Below are positions 21,030-32,120 of a DNA stretch of 64,000 nt, in pieces. The notes beneath the pieces are model-generated. The model was given only the letters and a program-made list of their open reading frames with translations. It was not told the origin of the DNA and searched no databases. Every line of letters begins with the position of its first letter. Position 1 is the first letter of the stretch. The translations under genes were made by a program, and so were the position numbers. The stretch comes from Myxococcales bacterium (lineage in GTDB: Bacteria > Myxococcota_A > Polyangia > Polyangiales > DASUME01): contig JASGJH010000001.1 in NCBI GenBank assembly GCA_047601445.1, positions 7,488,001 through 7,552,000 of the forward strand, read 5' to 3'.

Positions 21030-21853
21030 TGGGCTTGCGGTCCACGGAATTCGAGGTCATCCGCGGACTCGTGTACGCGGAGACGGGCATCCTGGTGGAG
21101 CCGGACAAGAGCTACCTGGTGGAGTCCCGGCTAGAGCCGCTGCTGCGAGCCAGAAAGTTGACCAGCATCGGGGAGTTGCTCGACGAGCTCACCCGCATTC
21201 CGAAGTCCGGGCTGCGACGCAGTATCGCCCAGGCGCTGGTGAACGGAGAGACCATGTTCTTCCGGGACCCAGGGTCGTTCGACATGCTGTGCACCCAGCT
21301 CTTGCCGCGGCTCCTCTCGGGGCGCGCTGCGACGCGCAGGCTGGTGATCTGGAGCGCCGCCTGCTCGACCGGTCAGGAGCCCTACAGCGTCGCCATGCTG
21401 CTCGATCGTCACTTCCCCCAGCTCGTCGACTGGAAGGTGCGGATCCTCGCCACCGACTTCTCCGAGGAGCACCTGGCCCGCGCGCGCGCCGGCCGCTACC
21501 TCCAGCACGAGATCCAGCGCGGTCTGCCGGCGTCCGAGCTGACGCGTTGGTTTCGGCGACAAGGAGAGGAGTGGGAGCTCGATCTCGCGCTGAGGCGCCG
21601 CGTGGATTTTCTGCCGCTCAACCTCGTGACGGACTTCCCGCCTGCATACCCGGTGGATTTGGTGCTCTTGCGCAACGTGATGATCTACTGGGACCACGCC
21701 ACCAAGCGCAGTGTGCTCGAGCGCATCCGCAGCGTGCTTTCGCCGGACGGGGCGCTGATCCTCGGGGCCGCGGAGACCACGCTGCAGATCGACGACGGCT
21801 TCGAGCGCAAGGAGCTCGCGGGCGCCAGCTATTTCGTGGCCAGACAGCGCTGA
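21029..21853 (+). CDS. cheR: Chemotaxis methyltransferase CheR
   Basis: ETMFFRD, IWSAACSTGQEPYS, ATDFS, RNVMIY, LGAAE; start overlaps the cheB stop. Confidence 0.95.
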   Translation: MGLRSTEFEVIRGLVYAETGILVEPDKSYLVESRLEPLLRARKLTSIGELLDELTRIPKSGLRRSIAQALVNGETMFFRDPGSFDMLCTQLLPRLLSGRAATRRLVIWSAACSTGQEPYSVAMLLDRHFPQLVDWKVRILATDFSEEHLARARAGRYLQHEIQRGLPASELTRWFRRQGEEWELDLALRRRVDFLPLNLVTDFPPAYPVDLVLLRNVMIYWDHATKRSVLERIRSVLSPDGALILGAAETTLQIDDGFERKELAGASYFVARQR

Positions 21854-21866
21854 CGTGCGGGTGACC

Positions 21867-22742
21867 TCAGGCCAGCACGCGTAGGAGGTCCGCGCGAGAA
21901 TCCACCCCGAGCTTGGCGAGCAAGTTGGCATGGTGGAACTTGACGGTGCGTACGCTGATGCCCATGGCCGCGCTGATGTCCGCGGTGGTCGCGCCGTGCA
22001 AGACCTGGGTGAGCACGTCCTGCTCGCGTGGAGAGAGTTTCGCACGAGCGGCGAGCTGTTGGATGCGCGCGAGCTGCAGGTCGCGGATCCAGCCCTCGGG
22101 CACGTGCCGAAGGCGCACGCGCACCAAATTCTCGGAGATGCGCGTGGTCGTGCTCAGCTCGTAGATCCCCGAGCGGCAGCGCACGGCGGTTTGCTCGCTG
22201 CCCACGGGATGCGCTGCGATGGCGACGGCGGGGCAGTCCTGGCAAGCCGTGGATTGTCCGCCGATGAGCTCGTAGCAGGGGCCACCGAGCTCCGACGTGG
22301 AGGCCAAGCCGCCCACGAACTCGACGCGCCTGAGGGTACCAGGACGAGCACCACGCATTTCGACTTCGTAGTCGATGTCGCGCCCGCAGAATGGACGCGA
22401 CGCGGTCAGAAACGTGAAGCTGCACAGCCTCGAACCGTCGTGGCCTGGAACCTGCTCGATCTGAAACGAGACAGAGTGTTTGCGGCCGAGACCATCGCAC
22501 AGTGTCCCACGCCGCGTCTCGCTGGTCGCCGTACCTGCGCATTCACAGAGGGCGTGCTCCAGGGCCCCTTCCGGAGTCCCCAAGAGCTCTTGAACGGGGC
22601 GGCCGAGCAGAGCGCGTTTCGACACGCACAGCCGCTTGCAGAGCGGGCCAGTGGCCACGGTGACCCTGTGCTCGCGGTCGAAGACGAGCAGCGGCTCGTG
22701 GCCGCGCTCGGCGAGTAGCGAAATGAGTGCAGTGCCGTCCAT
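21867..22742 (-). CDS. PAS-like plus LuxR-type HTH transcriptional regulator
   Basis: C-terminal LSPREQDVL....G.TTADIS..MGISVRTVKFHHANLLAKLGV; N-terminal PAS-like segment. Start chosen at ATG 22742. Confidence 0.82.
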   Translation of the reverse strand: MDGTALISLLAERGHEPLLVFDREHRVTVATGPLCKRLCVSKRALLGRPVQELLGTPEGALEHALCECAGTATSETRRGTLCDGLGRKHSVSFQIEQVPGHDGSRLCSFTFLTASRPFCGRDIDYEVEMRGARPGTLRRVEFVGGLASTSELGGPCYELIGGQSTACQDCPAVAIAAHPVGSEQTAVRCRSGIYELSTTTRISENLVRVRLRHVPEGWIRDLQLARIQQLAARAKLSPREQDVLTQVLHGATTADISAAMGISVRTVKFHHANLLAKLGVDSRADLLRVLA

Positions 22743-23005
22743 CACTCGAAGCGGGTGATTGGTGTGATCCGAGCTGGCTGCTGCCAACCCAGTGGATGAG
22801 CTCTTCCCCCAGCTCAACAGCCCAAGGATCGAGGAACGGTAGCGGGTTGGCCATGGGGACAAACTCCCAGTTGAGCGCGGAGTTCGACGTTTCGAGATGC
22901 CTCGGCCTGCGCACGCGAACTTTGTCAGGACGTCGCGGTGATCGCGCAGCGCGCGTAGGGGCCGCACGGTACGACAAAGCTTGACCCTCGTACGAGTGGC
23001 CGACG

Positions 23006-25102
23006 TCAGATCGCCCGCACGTATCCGCAATAGTTCAGGTCGCCATACTGCAGCAGCGCGAGCGTGCGTCCGAAGAGGGACCAGGCCTGGTTTGTCGGGC
23101 TGTCGAGGGTTTTCGCTGGAGTCAGCGCCGGCCCGCTCGCAGCGCCGTGGAACACGAAGGCATTGCCCTCGCTGGTGGCGCCGTTCGCCTGATAGTCGGC
23201 GCCGACGGTGAAGTCTGCGTAGCCATCGCCGTTGGTGTCGCCCGCGCGCGACACGGAGGTGCCGAAATCGCCACCAGCGAGGTCCGTCGGATTGTCCAGG
23301 GTTTGCCCAGGAGGATTCATCAGGCCCGAGGCCGAGCCAGCGAACACGAAGGCATTGCCCTCCGAAGCTTCCGGATTGCTCGCATAGCCATCGCCGACGA
23401 CCAGGTCCGCGAAGCCATCGCCGTTCACGTCGAGGTCGCCCGCCATGCCCGCGCCGGAGGTGTCCTTGCCGGCGATGGTCAAGTTGGGAGTTGCGCCGAA
23501 TGCGCCACCGGTACCGTGGAAGACCAACACACCCGCCGAGGTGGCGACTGCCATGTCGGGGAAGCCATCGCCGTTCAGGTCACCGTTGGCGGTGCCGTCG
23601 ATGCAGTCGTTGTTCGGGTGGAGCGTGTCGTTGGGCGCGAGCGCGATGCCGCTGCTGGCGCCGTAGAAGAGATCGAGGGCTGCCACGTCGCCATCGCAGT
23701 TGCCGGAGGACGCGAGCACGTCGTGATGGCCGTCGGCGTTCAGGTCGCTCGACTGGATGGATCTGGGCCAATCGGTGGGAGTCAGCGTGCGACTCGGTGA
23801 GGACCCGATGCCCGTGGCAGACCCGTGATAGATGAGCACCGCGCCATTCGACACCGCGAGCCCACCGTAGCCACTGGCGTTGGTGTCCCCCACGCCCTGG
23901 ATGCGATCGCCGAAATAGGCGTACTGCCCGCTACCGGTCAGCGTGCGGCCGGGAGCGCTCGGCAGGCCGCTGGCGGATCCGTAGTAGATGTAGACGGCAC
24001 CCTGGTAGGTGCCGAAGCTCGGCGTGCCCGCTGCGAGATCCGCGAAGCCATCGGCATTGACGTCGCCAAGGGCGCTCAGCTGGTCGCCGTAGCGCTCGTC
24101 GGCCACGGGAGTCGGCGCGCTCAGCGAGTAGCTCGGCGTGGTCGGGATGCCGTCGGCCGTGCCGTGGTAGATGTGGACTCTGCCCGCGCTCGCGAGGTTG
24201 CCGCTGTCACCACCCGGTGCGCCGACGGCCACGTCCGCATAGCCGTCTCCGTTGAAGTCCTTCTCCAGTCGACCCACGTACATGTACCGTGAGGCGCTCC
24301 AGGGCCCGCAGTATGCCTCGATGCACGCGCGCACGCGCCACACGTAGCGCCGACCCACCGGAACGCTGGTGGAGATGGGCAGCGCCGTCGCCACGCGGTA
24401 GAGCAGGGCGTTTCCGCTCGGTGCGGCTTGGCCCGGTGTGCGCACGTCGACCTCGGGGCTGACGAAGTTGCAGCTCGAGAAGGGCGTGTTGCCGCAATCA
24501 TCGAGCTGCACCTCATAGTCCGCCGCTCCCATGACGGAGAGCCACATGAGCTTGGGCTTGAGCGGATGATCCACCACGCTGGACGCGAGCGGCACGTGTG
24601 GGCTGCCGGTGAACACACCGTTGGCGGCGCGCAACATGGGGGCGCCCGTGGGATAGCAGCCGGAGGCGTTGGTCGCGACGCTGCTGGTCCCCACGGGGCA
24701 CACGCTGCACACGCGGTCTGTGGTGGCCATCGGCGCGCCGCTCATGTAGGTCCCTGCGGTGCACTCCGTGAGGGGCGCGCAGGCGCGATCGGTGTTGGTC
24801 GTGGGCGCGGCGGTCTCGTACTCGCTGTCCGTGCACGCCGTGATGGGAAGGCAGCCGCCGTCGCGCTCGAAGGCATCCTTTCCGCAATCGAGCGCCAGCC
24901 AACCGCTATCTCCGGCGTCAGACACCCGGGATCCCGAGTCGGCCCCCAGTGCGGCATCCAGCGCCGGACCTTCGACGGCATCGCCACCATCTACACTCGC
25001 GTCCGCACCGAGCCCCACCGACGCCAACGTATCTTCGTCGGATCCGCTGCAGGCCACGACCCAGACCACGACCCAGCAGGCGACCAGGCGCTTTGCCAAC
25101 AT
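23006..25102 (-). CDS. FG-GAP (integrin alpha-like) repeat lipoprotein with Cys-rich N-terminal repeats
   Basis: Lipobox VVAC; CT..EY...APT..TDR.C repeats; several GDxNGDG(Y/F)AD..VGA motifs. Confidence 0.88.
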   Translation of the reverse strand: MLAKRLVACWVVVWVVACSGSDEDTLASVGLGADASVDGGDAVEGPALDAALGADSGSRVSDAGDSGWLALDCGKDAFERDGGCLPITACTDSEYETAAPTTNTDRACAPLTECTAGTYMSGAPMATTDRVCSVCPVGTSSVATNASGCYPTGAPMLRAANGVFTGSPHVPLASSVVDHPLKPKLMWLSVMGAADYEVQLDDCGNTPFSSCNFVSPEVDVRTPGQAAPSGNALLYRVATALPISTSVPVGRRYVWRVRACIEAYCGPWSASRYMYVGRLEKDFNGDGYADVAVGAPGGDSGNLASAGRVHIYHGTADGIPTTPSYSLSAPTPVADERYGDQLSALGDVNADGFADLAAGTPSFGTYQGAVYIYYGSASGLPSAPGRTLTGSGQYAYFGDRIQGVGDTNASGYGGLAVSNGAVLIYHGSATGIGSSPSRTLTPTDWPRSIQSSDLNADGHHDVLASSGNCDGDVAALDLFYGASSGIALAPNDTLHPNNDCIDGTANGDLNGDGFPDMAVATSAGVLVFHGTGGAFGATPNLTIAGKDTSGAGMAGDLDVNGDGFADLVVGDGYASNPEASEGNAFVFAGSASGLMNPPGQTLDNPTDLAGGDFGTSVSRAGDTNGDGYADFTVGADYQANGATSEGNAFVFHGAASGPALTPAKTLDSPTNQAWSLFGRTLALLQYGDLNYCGYVRAI

Positions 25103-25284
25103 GGGGGCTCCCTCTCGTTGCGCCACCTTACTCCGCTGGCGGCCAGCGCGCTCCCGATCGACCGACGCTCGTCACCCCGATCGCCAGGGGCCCTGCCAGG
25201 GCCCGGCCTTGCCTGGATAACCGCGCGACCACATAGTGGAAATCGCGAGCGCCATGCGCGCTTAGTTCGGCGGACGCGGAGGCC

Positions 25285-28200
25285 ATGCTCCACACATTCC
25301 TCGACTTCGAGCTAGACGAAGAGCGCTGCGAGCTGCGGTTGCAGGGGCAGCCTATCCCCGTGCAGGGCCGGGTCTTCGACTTGATCGTGCTGCTCGTGCA
25401 CGCCCGTGAGCGGGTCGTGAGTCGAGACGAGCTGATGCATGGGCTGTGGCAAGGCGCCGTGGTCAGCGACGCCGCGGTGAGCCAAATCATCATGCTGGCG
25501 CGCAAGGCGCTCGGCGACGAAGGGGAGTCGCAACAGGTCATCAAGACCGTGCGTGGCAAGGGCATTCGCTTCGTGGCCGACGTGCAATCGCGAGCGGGAG
25601 CGTTGACGCGGCCGTCCGGGGACGTCCTGGGCGCGCGTGCCTCGACCCAGCCGCCTGTAGCCGAAGCCATCGCGAGGCCCCCCAGCCGACTGCTTGGTCG
25701 CGCCGATGAGCTCGCGGCGTTGCTTGCGCGGCTGGAGCGCGCAGAGCTCGGGCACGGCGGCCTGATGCTCATCGAAGGCGAACCGGGCATGGGCAAGAGC
25801 GCACTGGCCGAGGAGCTCGCCGTGCGTGCCCAGGAGCGCGGCGTGGCGGTGCTCTGGGGGCGGGCGTGGGAGGACGGTGGGGCACCGCCGTTTTGGCCAT
25901 GGATTCAAGTGCTGCGTGCGATCGCGCAGCGCGAAGGGCAGCCGGAACTGGGGGACTGGCTGGATCGCGGGGCCAAGGAACTGGGACTGCTGTTGCCCGA
26001 GCTGGCGTCCCCCACCAGCTGGGGTGCGTTCGATGACGCGCCTGGTGCCGAGGATAGAGAGGCTGACGAACGTGCCGGAGCATCGGGTCAGTTCGAGGGC
26101 CTGTTCGACTTTGCGCGTGACGAGAACCGCGTTGAAGGCTCGAGCGGTGCCCTCGACGCGGCCCGTGCGCGCTTTCGTCAGTTCGATACGCTGTCGCGCA
26201 TCCTGCGCCACGTGGCGGGGCAGGCGGCGTACGGCGCGCCCGAGCCCAAGGCGCGCGCGCTGCTGATCATCCTGGACGACCTGCACGCGGCCGACGAAGC
26301 CTCGGTGCAACTGGTGCGCTTTCTGATGCCCGAGCTGCGTGAGCTCGGCCTGTTTCTGGTGGGCACCTATCGAGGGCTCGAGTCGGGCGGCAAGGCGGCG
26401 CTCAGCGCGCTCACCGAGAGCTGCCGCGACGATACGCTGCATCTGCGAGGACTGTCTGCGGCCGACGTGTCCGCCTGGCTGGAGTCGAAGCTCGGTCCGG
26501 CCCCAGGTCGCGTGAGCGCGGCGCTGCACGAGGTATCCGCTGGCAATCCGCTGCTTCTGACCGAACTGGGAAGTCAGCTCGCACGCGAGCATCTGGAGTC
26601 CGTGGAGGTGGCCCACCTGGCCGAGTTTGCTCTCCCCGAGCGCATCCGAGGGGCGGTGCGACGGCATCTCAGGGGTCTCCCTGGTGAGTCGCGCGCGGCG
26701 CTTTCGGCCGCATCCGTGCTGGGGCGTGAGTTCACGCTGCCCATCCTGGCCCAGCTCCTGGCGCGCTCCGAGGTTGAGCTATTGGAGGCTCTCGAGCCCG
26801 CATTGCGTCTCGGCGTGGTGCGTCCTTCGTATGGGCCCAGTCGGCTGCTGTTCTCGCACGCCCTGGTGCGCAATGCCGTCTATGCGGAGCTGAGTGTCAC
26901 CGCCCGCCTGGACTTGCATCGGCGCACCGCCGAGATCCTGGAAGCACGTGAGCCGGCCTCACGTCGGCCCCTGCACGAGCTCGCCCACCACTATTCGCTG
27001 GCGGCATCCCACGGCTGCCGTGACAAGGCCCTCGACTACACGCTCCAGGCGGCCGAGCAAGCTGCGCGCGTGACGGCCTACGAGTCGAGCGCGGCCCTCT
27101 ACGATCGCGCCGTGGCCCTGGCCGACGTGGACTGGGTCGGGGGCGAGCGTCTCCACAGCTTGCTCTGCAGCGCGGCCATGGCCTGGCACTACACGGGGGA
27201 CGCGCATCGCGCGGCGGCCCTGCTCGAGCGCGCCGCAGACCTGGCGCGCGACGAGCGTCACGCGCTGCGTTTTGCCGAGGCCACGATGTTGATGGCCTGG
27301 GTGTTCCGGGGCTCGGTGGTCCTCGATGGGGCTCTGCAGGAGCGCCTGCGCGGCGCGCTCGCGCTGCTGCCCGAAGGCGACAGCGAGCTACGCGCTCGGC
27401 TGCTCAGCTTGAAGACGCTGGGCATGCGCGGTCCGGCCACGCTCGAGGAACGCCAAGTCACCACCCAAGCCGCGGTAGACATGGCGCGTCGCCTGGGCGA
27501 TCCCCACGTGCTGCTGTGGACCCTCAATGCTCGTCGCTTGGTGCTGTGGGGCGCGGCGCCAGCCGAAGAGATGATTCTCGATGTCCCGTGAGATGCTCGC
27601 GCTCAGTCACCGCACGAACAATCGCACGCTCTTGCTCGATGCCTTGCTCTGGCTCGGTCACGACTACGTGGAGCTGGGGGACGCGGAGAACATGATGCGG
27701 GTGCGCAACGAGTTCGTCGAGCGCGTGGAGCAGACGCCGAGCCCCTGGCATCGCTACATGGCCGAGGGATCGCGGGTGCTCGAGGCCTCCGTGTACGGAG
27801 ATCTCGCGGGTGCGCGCGCGTTGTCCGAGCGTTTGATGGGCCTGGGTAGGCAAGTTCAGGACGACCTGGCGGAGACCTTCCATCTGTTGCGCATGCTGTT
27901 CTTCGACGTCCAGCAGGCCACGTTCGGCCCGCAACCGGAGGTCGACCCAAGGCAACGACTCGAGGTGCCGGCCGCGGTCGCCGCCGATTATCACCCGTTC
28001 TGGGCGTTGCGCTGGGTGACGCACGGGCAGCTCGAGGCCGCGCGCGCGTTGCTGCAGCGAACCATGCAGGATCAGCATCGACTGCTCGACGTCCTGCGTC
28101 GGCCGATCCTGTGCGCCATGAGCGTGGTTGCAGCGAGACTCGGTGAACAGGAGCTGGCGCGGGAGCTCTATGGGCTGCTCTCACCCGCTGCCGGTCGTCA

Positions 28201-28510
28201 TATGTTGTTGCGCGCCTGTGTGTACATGGGACCGGTGGACCACTACCTCGGTGTGCTAGCCGCTGCGCTCGCCCAGCACGAGGCCGCGGTGGGGCACTTC
28301 GAACGAGCGCTCGAGATCGGCATGTCACCGGTGCTGCAAATCCAGACCCAGCAGGAGTTCGGTCGCTTCCTGGCCAGCTCATGCGACGGACCCGGTCATG
28401 CCCGTGAGCGCGCGAACAAGCTGCTCGAGTCGTCGCGGCAGAGCGCACAGCTGTACGGTTTGATGGCACGCGGCGCTGCTGGAGCCCTCACGTCCGAGAC
28501 GGTGATTTGA
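25285..28510 (+). CDS. Winged-helix/AAA-ATPase/TPR-like transcriptional regulator (~1,074 aa after removing one base near 27575)
   Basis: N-terminal wHTH (FELDE...VVSRDEL...W...V...IKTVRGKGIRF), Walker A GEPGMGKS, Walker B LIILDDLH. ORFs 25285-27591 and 27581-28510 join as EEM-ISMSREMLAL. Confidence 0.85.
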
Positions 28511-28522
28511 GGAGATGCGCCT

Positions 28523-30053
28523 CTAATTCGCCGCGAAGTCCCAGCGCAGGTTGGCGTACATCCGGTCGTTGGCTTCGAAGCCGTAGAATGGGCCGAAGTG
28601 AGCGCTGGGCTGAAAGTGGACGTAGCCGAGCGACGCGCGCACAGCGTCGAAGAGCTCGTAGCTCAGCTCGGCGCGGGCCGCGAAGGCGTTGAAATCCCGC
28701 AGGCCGATCGTCAGCAGTACCCAGGTGAGCTGCGCGCGCTCCCTGAAGAAGATCTGACTCCCGCGCAGCGCGATCTCGAGTGGCCTCGACGGGGAAGAGC
28801 GGGGCATGGCTCGCCTGTGGGCGTCGCTCGGGATTGTCGAGCACGCCCGTGCCCAGGACCTCGAGCGCGAGATTCGTACGCGTCGATGGCACATAGGTCA
28901 CGCCCACCATGGCACGCAGGGTTTGCAGGCGTTCGTAGGACCAATCGGGAAGCTGCGTGTGGGTGCGCCGCACCACGAGCGGACGCTGGATCTCCGCCCC
29001 CAACTCCCAACGCAGAAGCCACGCTCCAAGCGTAAGCGCGCCCGATTGCCCCACCAAGGCGTAGCGAGGGTGGTAGCTTGGCAACGCGATCTGCTTGTGG
29101 GTGAACGCGTCGGCGCGGGGCAGGCTCGGCACGCCGAACGCATCGAGCAGCGAGGCCGCTTGCAGCGCCAGGTCCACGCGCGAACCGCTCCAGGTGAGCC
29201 GTCCGTGCAGCTGACTCGCCGACAGCTGCGTCGGATTGCGCCCGGGATGATGCGCGTAGCGCAGCTCGCGCGAGCTCAAGATGGGGCCGAGCGTGGGGTC
29301 CTCGAGCACGAGCTTGCGCAGCGGGCTGAACTCGCCGACCGGTGGCGGCAAGAGCCCGAAGGTCGGCTCGTGCACCAGCAGCAGGTCCGCGTGGACGCGC
29401 TCGACGGTGAAGCCCAGTCGCGTCATCAGCACCGGCAGACGCAGCTCCTCCAGGTCCGCGAACATGGGCTCACGCAGGTCGCGCGGGTTCACCACGTCGA
29501 GCCAGCTCAGGACTTCGCCCTGGCCGAAGTTGACGATTTGCGTACCGAACGCGAACTCGAACGCTGGGGCTTCGAAGCCCAGCAGCGTTTCGCCGGGGAT
29601 GAGACGCGAGCCGTAGATCTCCATGGTAGGTGCGTCGTAGGCGTGCGGGCGCAGCAAATAGGCAAAGTCGGCCTCGGCGCGACCGGACGCCACGGCGCGA
29701 AACGACAGCGCGTCGCGCTTGAAGTCGTGCTTGTACTCGAGCCGCGGCACCAATACTTGGCGCAGTTTGCCGAGCTGGTCTGCTCCCGAGCGCTCGACGC
29801 GCCAGGCGCTCTGCACGAGAGCGCGCGCGCTCAAGCGAAGTGAGGAACGCTGGGCAGCAGCGGCGTCGGGGGGCGGCACCGTGTCGCTCGCCGCGGGCGT
29901 GCCGCTGGTGGAATTGATGGGCGCGTCCGAGAAGCCGAGCTCGTCCGCCGTGGACTGCGCTCGCGCACGAGAACGCGCCAGCCAGGCTAGCGCAATCAAC
30001 ATCACGACGAGCCACGTCTGGTAGGTCCCTGCGGGAGTCCACCTCCGCATCAT
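28523..30053 (-). CDS. Probable outer-membrane beta-barrel protein (DUF1302-like; ~509 aa after removing one base near 28776)
   Basis: Signal peptide, G.QIVNFGQGE....DVVNPRDL motif, amphipathic strands. The second frame ends NDRMYANLRWDF, resembling a barrel C-terminal signature. ATGA overlap with the upstream gene. Confidence 0.72.
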
Positions 30054-31219
30054 TCGCAAGCCAGCGCCGTGGAAGAGAGACTCGCGCAAGGTGCGCAGCG
30101 CCGTGCCGTGCCGCAGCCGCCGCGAGGCGTGAAGAAGCGGGTCGTCACGGGCAGGAAGCACTCGGGCAGACACAGCCCCTCGACCGAGGCCCCGAACAGC
30201 CAGGGAAAAGAGCACCTCGCCACGCTCCTCTCCTCGACGAACTCGCTGGGGACGCAGCGCGTGCCAGGTCGTGTGCAGCGATCCACGGGGAGCTGAGAAA
30301 CCTGATCGGCCCGCAATAGCTCCACGGGTAGGCAGGTTCCAAGCTCCGCCCCTTGGCTGCCGCAGCAGCGCTCGAAGCGCTGCGCGGGTTCGCTGGGAGC
30401 ATCGCCCGCGATGCGACAGGCCTGAGTATCGGCGCCGCTGATCGGATCGAAGCAGGGCACGCAAAGCTGGTCGGGCTTACAGCCCTGCTGTCCTAGCCGG
30501 CTACTCTGGGCGGCCACCTCGGGCAGACAGCTGGGCAGACAGCGGCCTTCGAGGTTTCCCTTGGCGCGGCAGACTGCCGCGTTCGAGGTGCTCGCATCGA
30601 GCCACGGCTCCGGCACACACAGCGTACCCTCTTCGGATTCGCACCCTTCGTCGCCCAGACGCGCCCGGTCCTCGTGCGACAGACGCGCCAGCAAGCTTTG
30701 CTCGGGCACGCAGCGACCATGATCCTCGCAGCAACTCGAGAAGGGACGTCCAGGCTCGAGCGGCCGGTCCCCCGCGATACGACAGGCCTGGGTGTCCTCA
30801 CCCGTGAGCGGATTGAAGCACGGCGCGCACAACTGCCCGTTGGCGCAGCTCTCTTGCTGCAGGCGGTCGCTTTGCGCGGCCAGCTCAGGGAGACAACCCG
30901 GCAAACAGCGTCCTTCGCGCGCGGCGCTGCGACACGCGGTCGGAACGGCGTTGGCGTCCTCGACCCACAACGTCGGTGCGCAAAGCATGGCCTCGCCGCA
31001 CTCGCCTCGATCCAATCGCGCGGAAAGGTCTGCCGGCGTCAGGGCATCCGGCACGCATGTCCCCTGGCCACCGCAGCAAGGAGCAAAGGAGCTTCCTTGA
31101 CCCTCCGGGTCCAGGCCGCGGCAGCCCGTCAGCAACAGCGCGACGGCCCCGAGCAGGCTCACAGAACGCAACCGTGATCCGGACCTTGCACGGTCCGAAG
31201 TAGCAAGCTCTACCCGCAT
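30050..31219 (-). CDS. Cysteine-rich repeat lipoprotein
   Basis: Lipobox LLTGC; unit CC...G.CVP....C......LC.P....CR...EGRCLP.CLPE.AAQS.RL.Q..C...QLC.PCF.P..G.DTQACRIAGD.P.EP present twice plus a partial third copy. Confidence 0.8.
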   Translation of the reverse strand: MRVELATSDRARSGSRLRSVSLLGAVALLLTGCRGLDPEGQGSSFAPCCGGQGTCVPDALTPADLSARLDRGECGEAMLCAPTLWVEDANAVPTACRSAAREGRCLPGCLPELAAQSDRLQQESCANGQLCAPCFNPLTGEDTQACRIAGDRPLEPGRPFSSCCEDHGRCVPEQSLLARLSHEDRARLGDEGCESEEGTLCVPEPWLDASTSNAAVCRAKGNLEGRCLPSCLPEVAAQSSRLGQQGCKPDQLCVPCFDPISGADTQACRIAGDAPSEPAQRFERCCGSQGAELGTCLPVELLRADQVSQLPVDRCTRPGTRCVPSEFVEERSVARCSFPWLFGASVEGLCLPECFLPVTTRFFTPRGGCGTARRCAPCASLSSTALACE

Positions 31220-31274
31220 GGAATCCTCCCCGTTGGGTTTTGGGCAAGACCGCGATGGCTGCACCGAAGGGCGC

Positions 31275-32105
31275 TCAAATCCCGCGCTCCAGGCGCCTCT
31301 GGGTGAAATCCGCGTCGCTGACCTCGTCCGCGCGATTCTTCACGCTGAGTACCTCGATCAAGGTCTCCGAGGCCGCGCCGCCTTCCTGCAGCGTGCGCAT
31401 TTGCAGCCGATGGGGCGTCCAGACGCCATCCACGAGCTTGATCTCACCGGCCTTGAAGTACTTCGTCTTGCCAGGGCTCAAGGTCCACGCCTTGAACTGG
31501 ATCGGGATGAGCTTGCTCTTGCTGACCCAGATCTGACCCTTGCTGTAGCCGGTCTTGGCGCGCACCTCGTCGTTGCGGGGGATGCTCTCGATCAGCCAAC
31601 ACTCCTCGTCGCCGACCTTTGCGTTCACCTCGAGCAGCTGGAAGTCGTAGTCGGCCGGCTCCACCCCCGACAGATCGGAGATGCTGAAGTCCGAGCCCAC
31701 GAAGGCGTCGGATTTTCCGCTGCTCGGCACGCGTGACACGCGGTGCAGTGCGGGCAAGTAGAGCCACTGCTCGTCAGCGCGCTCCTTGGCCGCGTAGTCG
31801 AGCGTCAGAAAGCCCGTATTGCGCACGTCCTCCGGGGCCTCGATCAAGATCAGCACCTTGCGTACCTCCGCCTGTCGCCACGTGCGCACGGTCATGGCGC
31901 GCTCGCGGGTGCTCGATCCCTGGCGGATGGTCATCTTCATGCGCGAGAGTCCGCGCTCGCCGCCCTGTTGTTCCGCCGCGGCTTGCATGATCGCGCGCGG
32001 GTCGGTCGTGTTGCGGTCGATGGCCTGGGCGTCCTGGGGGGCCAACAGAGACAATGCGGCGGACACACCGAGCAACGTCTTCATTCGCTTGGTTCGATTG
32101 GACAT
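31275..32105 (-). CDS. LolA-like 'outer membrane lipoprotein-sorting protein'
   Basis: Signal peptide; P.DVRNTGFL...DEQWLYLPALHRVSRV....KSDAFVGSDFSISDL...FTQRRLERG. Confidence 0.88.
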   Translation of the reverse strand: MSNRTKRMKTLLGVSAALSLLAPQDAQAIDRNTTDPRAIMQAAAEQQGGERGLSRMKMTIRQGSSTRERAMTVRTWRQAEVRKVLILIEAPEDVRNTGFLTLDYAAKERADEQWLYLPALHRVSRVPSSGKSDAFVGSDFSISDLSGVEPADYDFQLLEVNAKVGDEECWLIESIPRNDEVRAKTGYSKGQIWVSKSKLIPIQFKAWTLSPGKTKYFKAGEIKLVDGVWTPHRLQMRTLQEGGAASETLIEVLSVKNRADEVSDADFTQRRLERGI

Positions 32106-32120
32106 GGATGCTCTCCTTTT

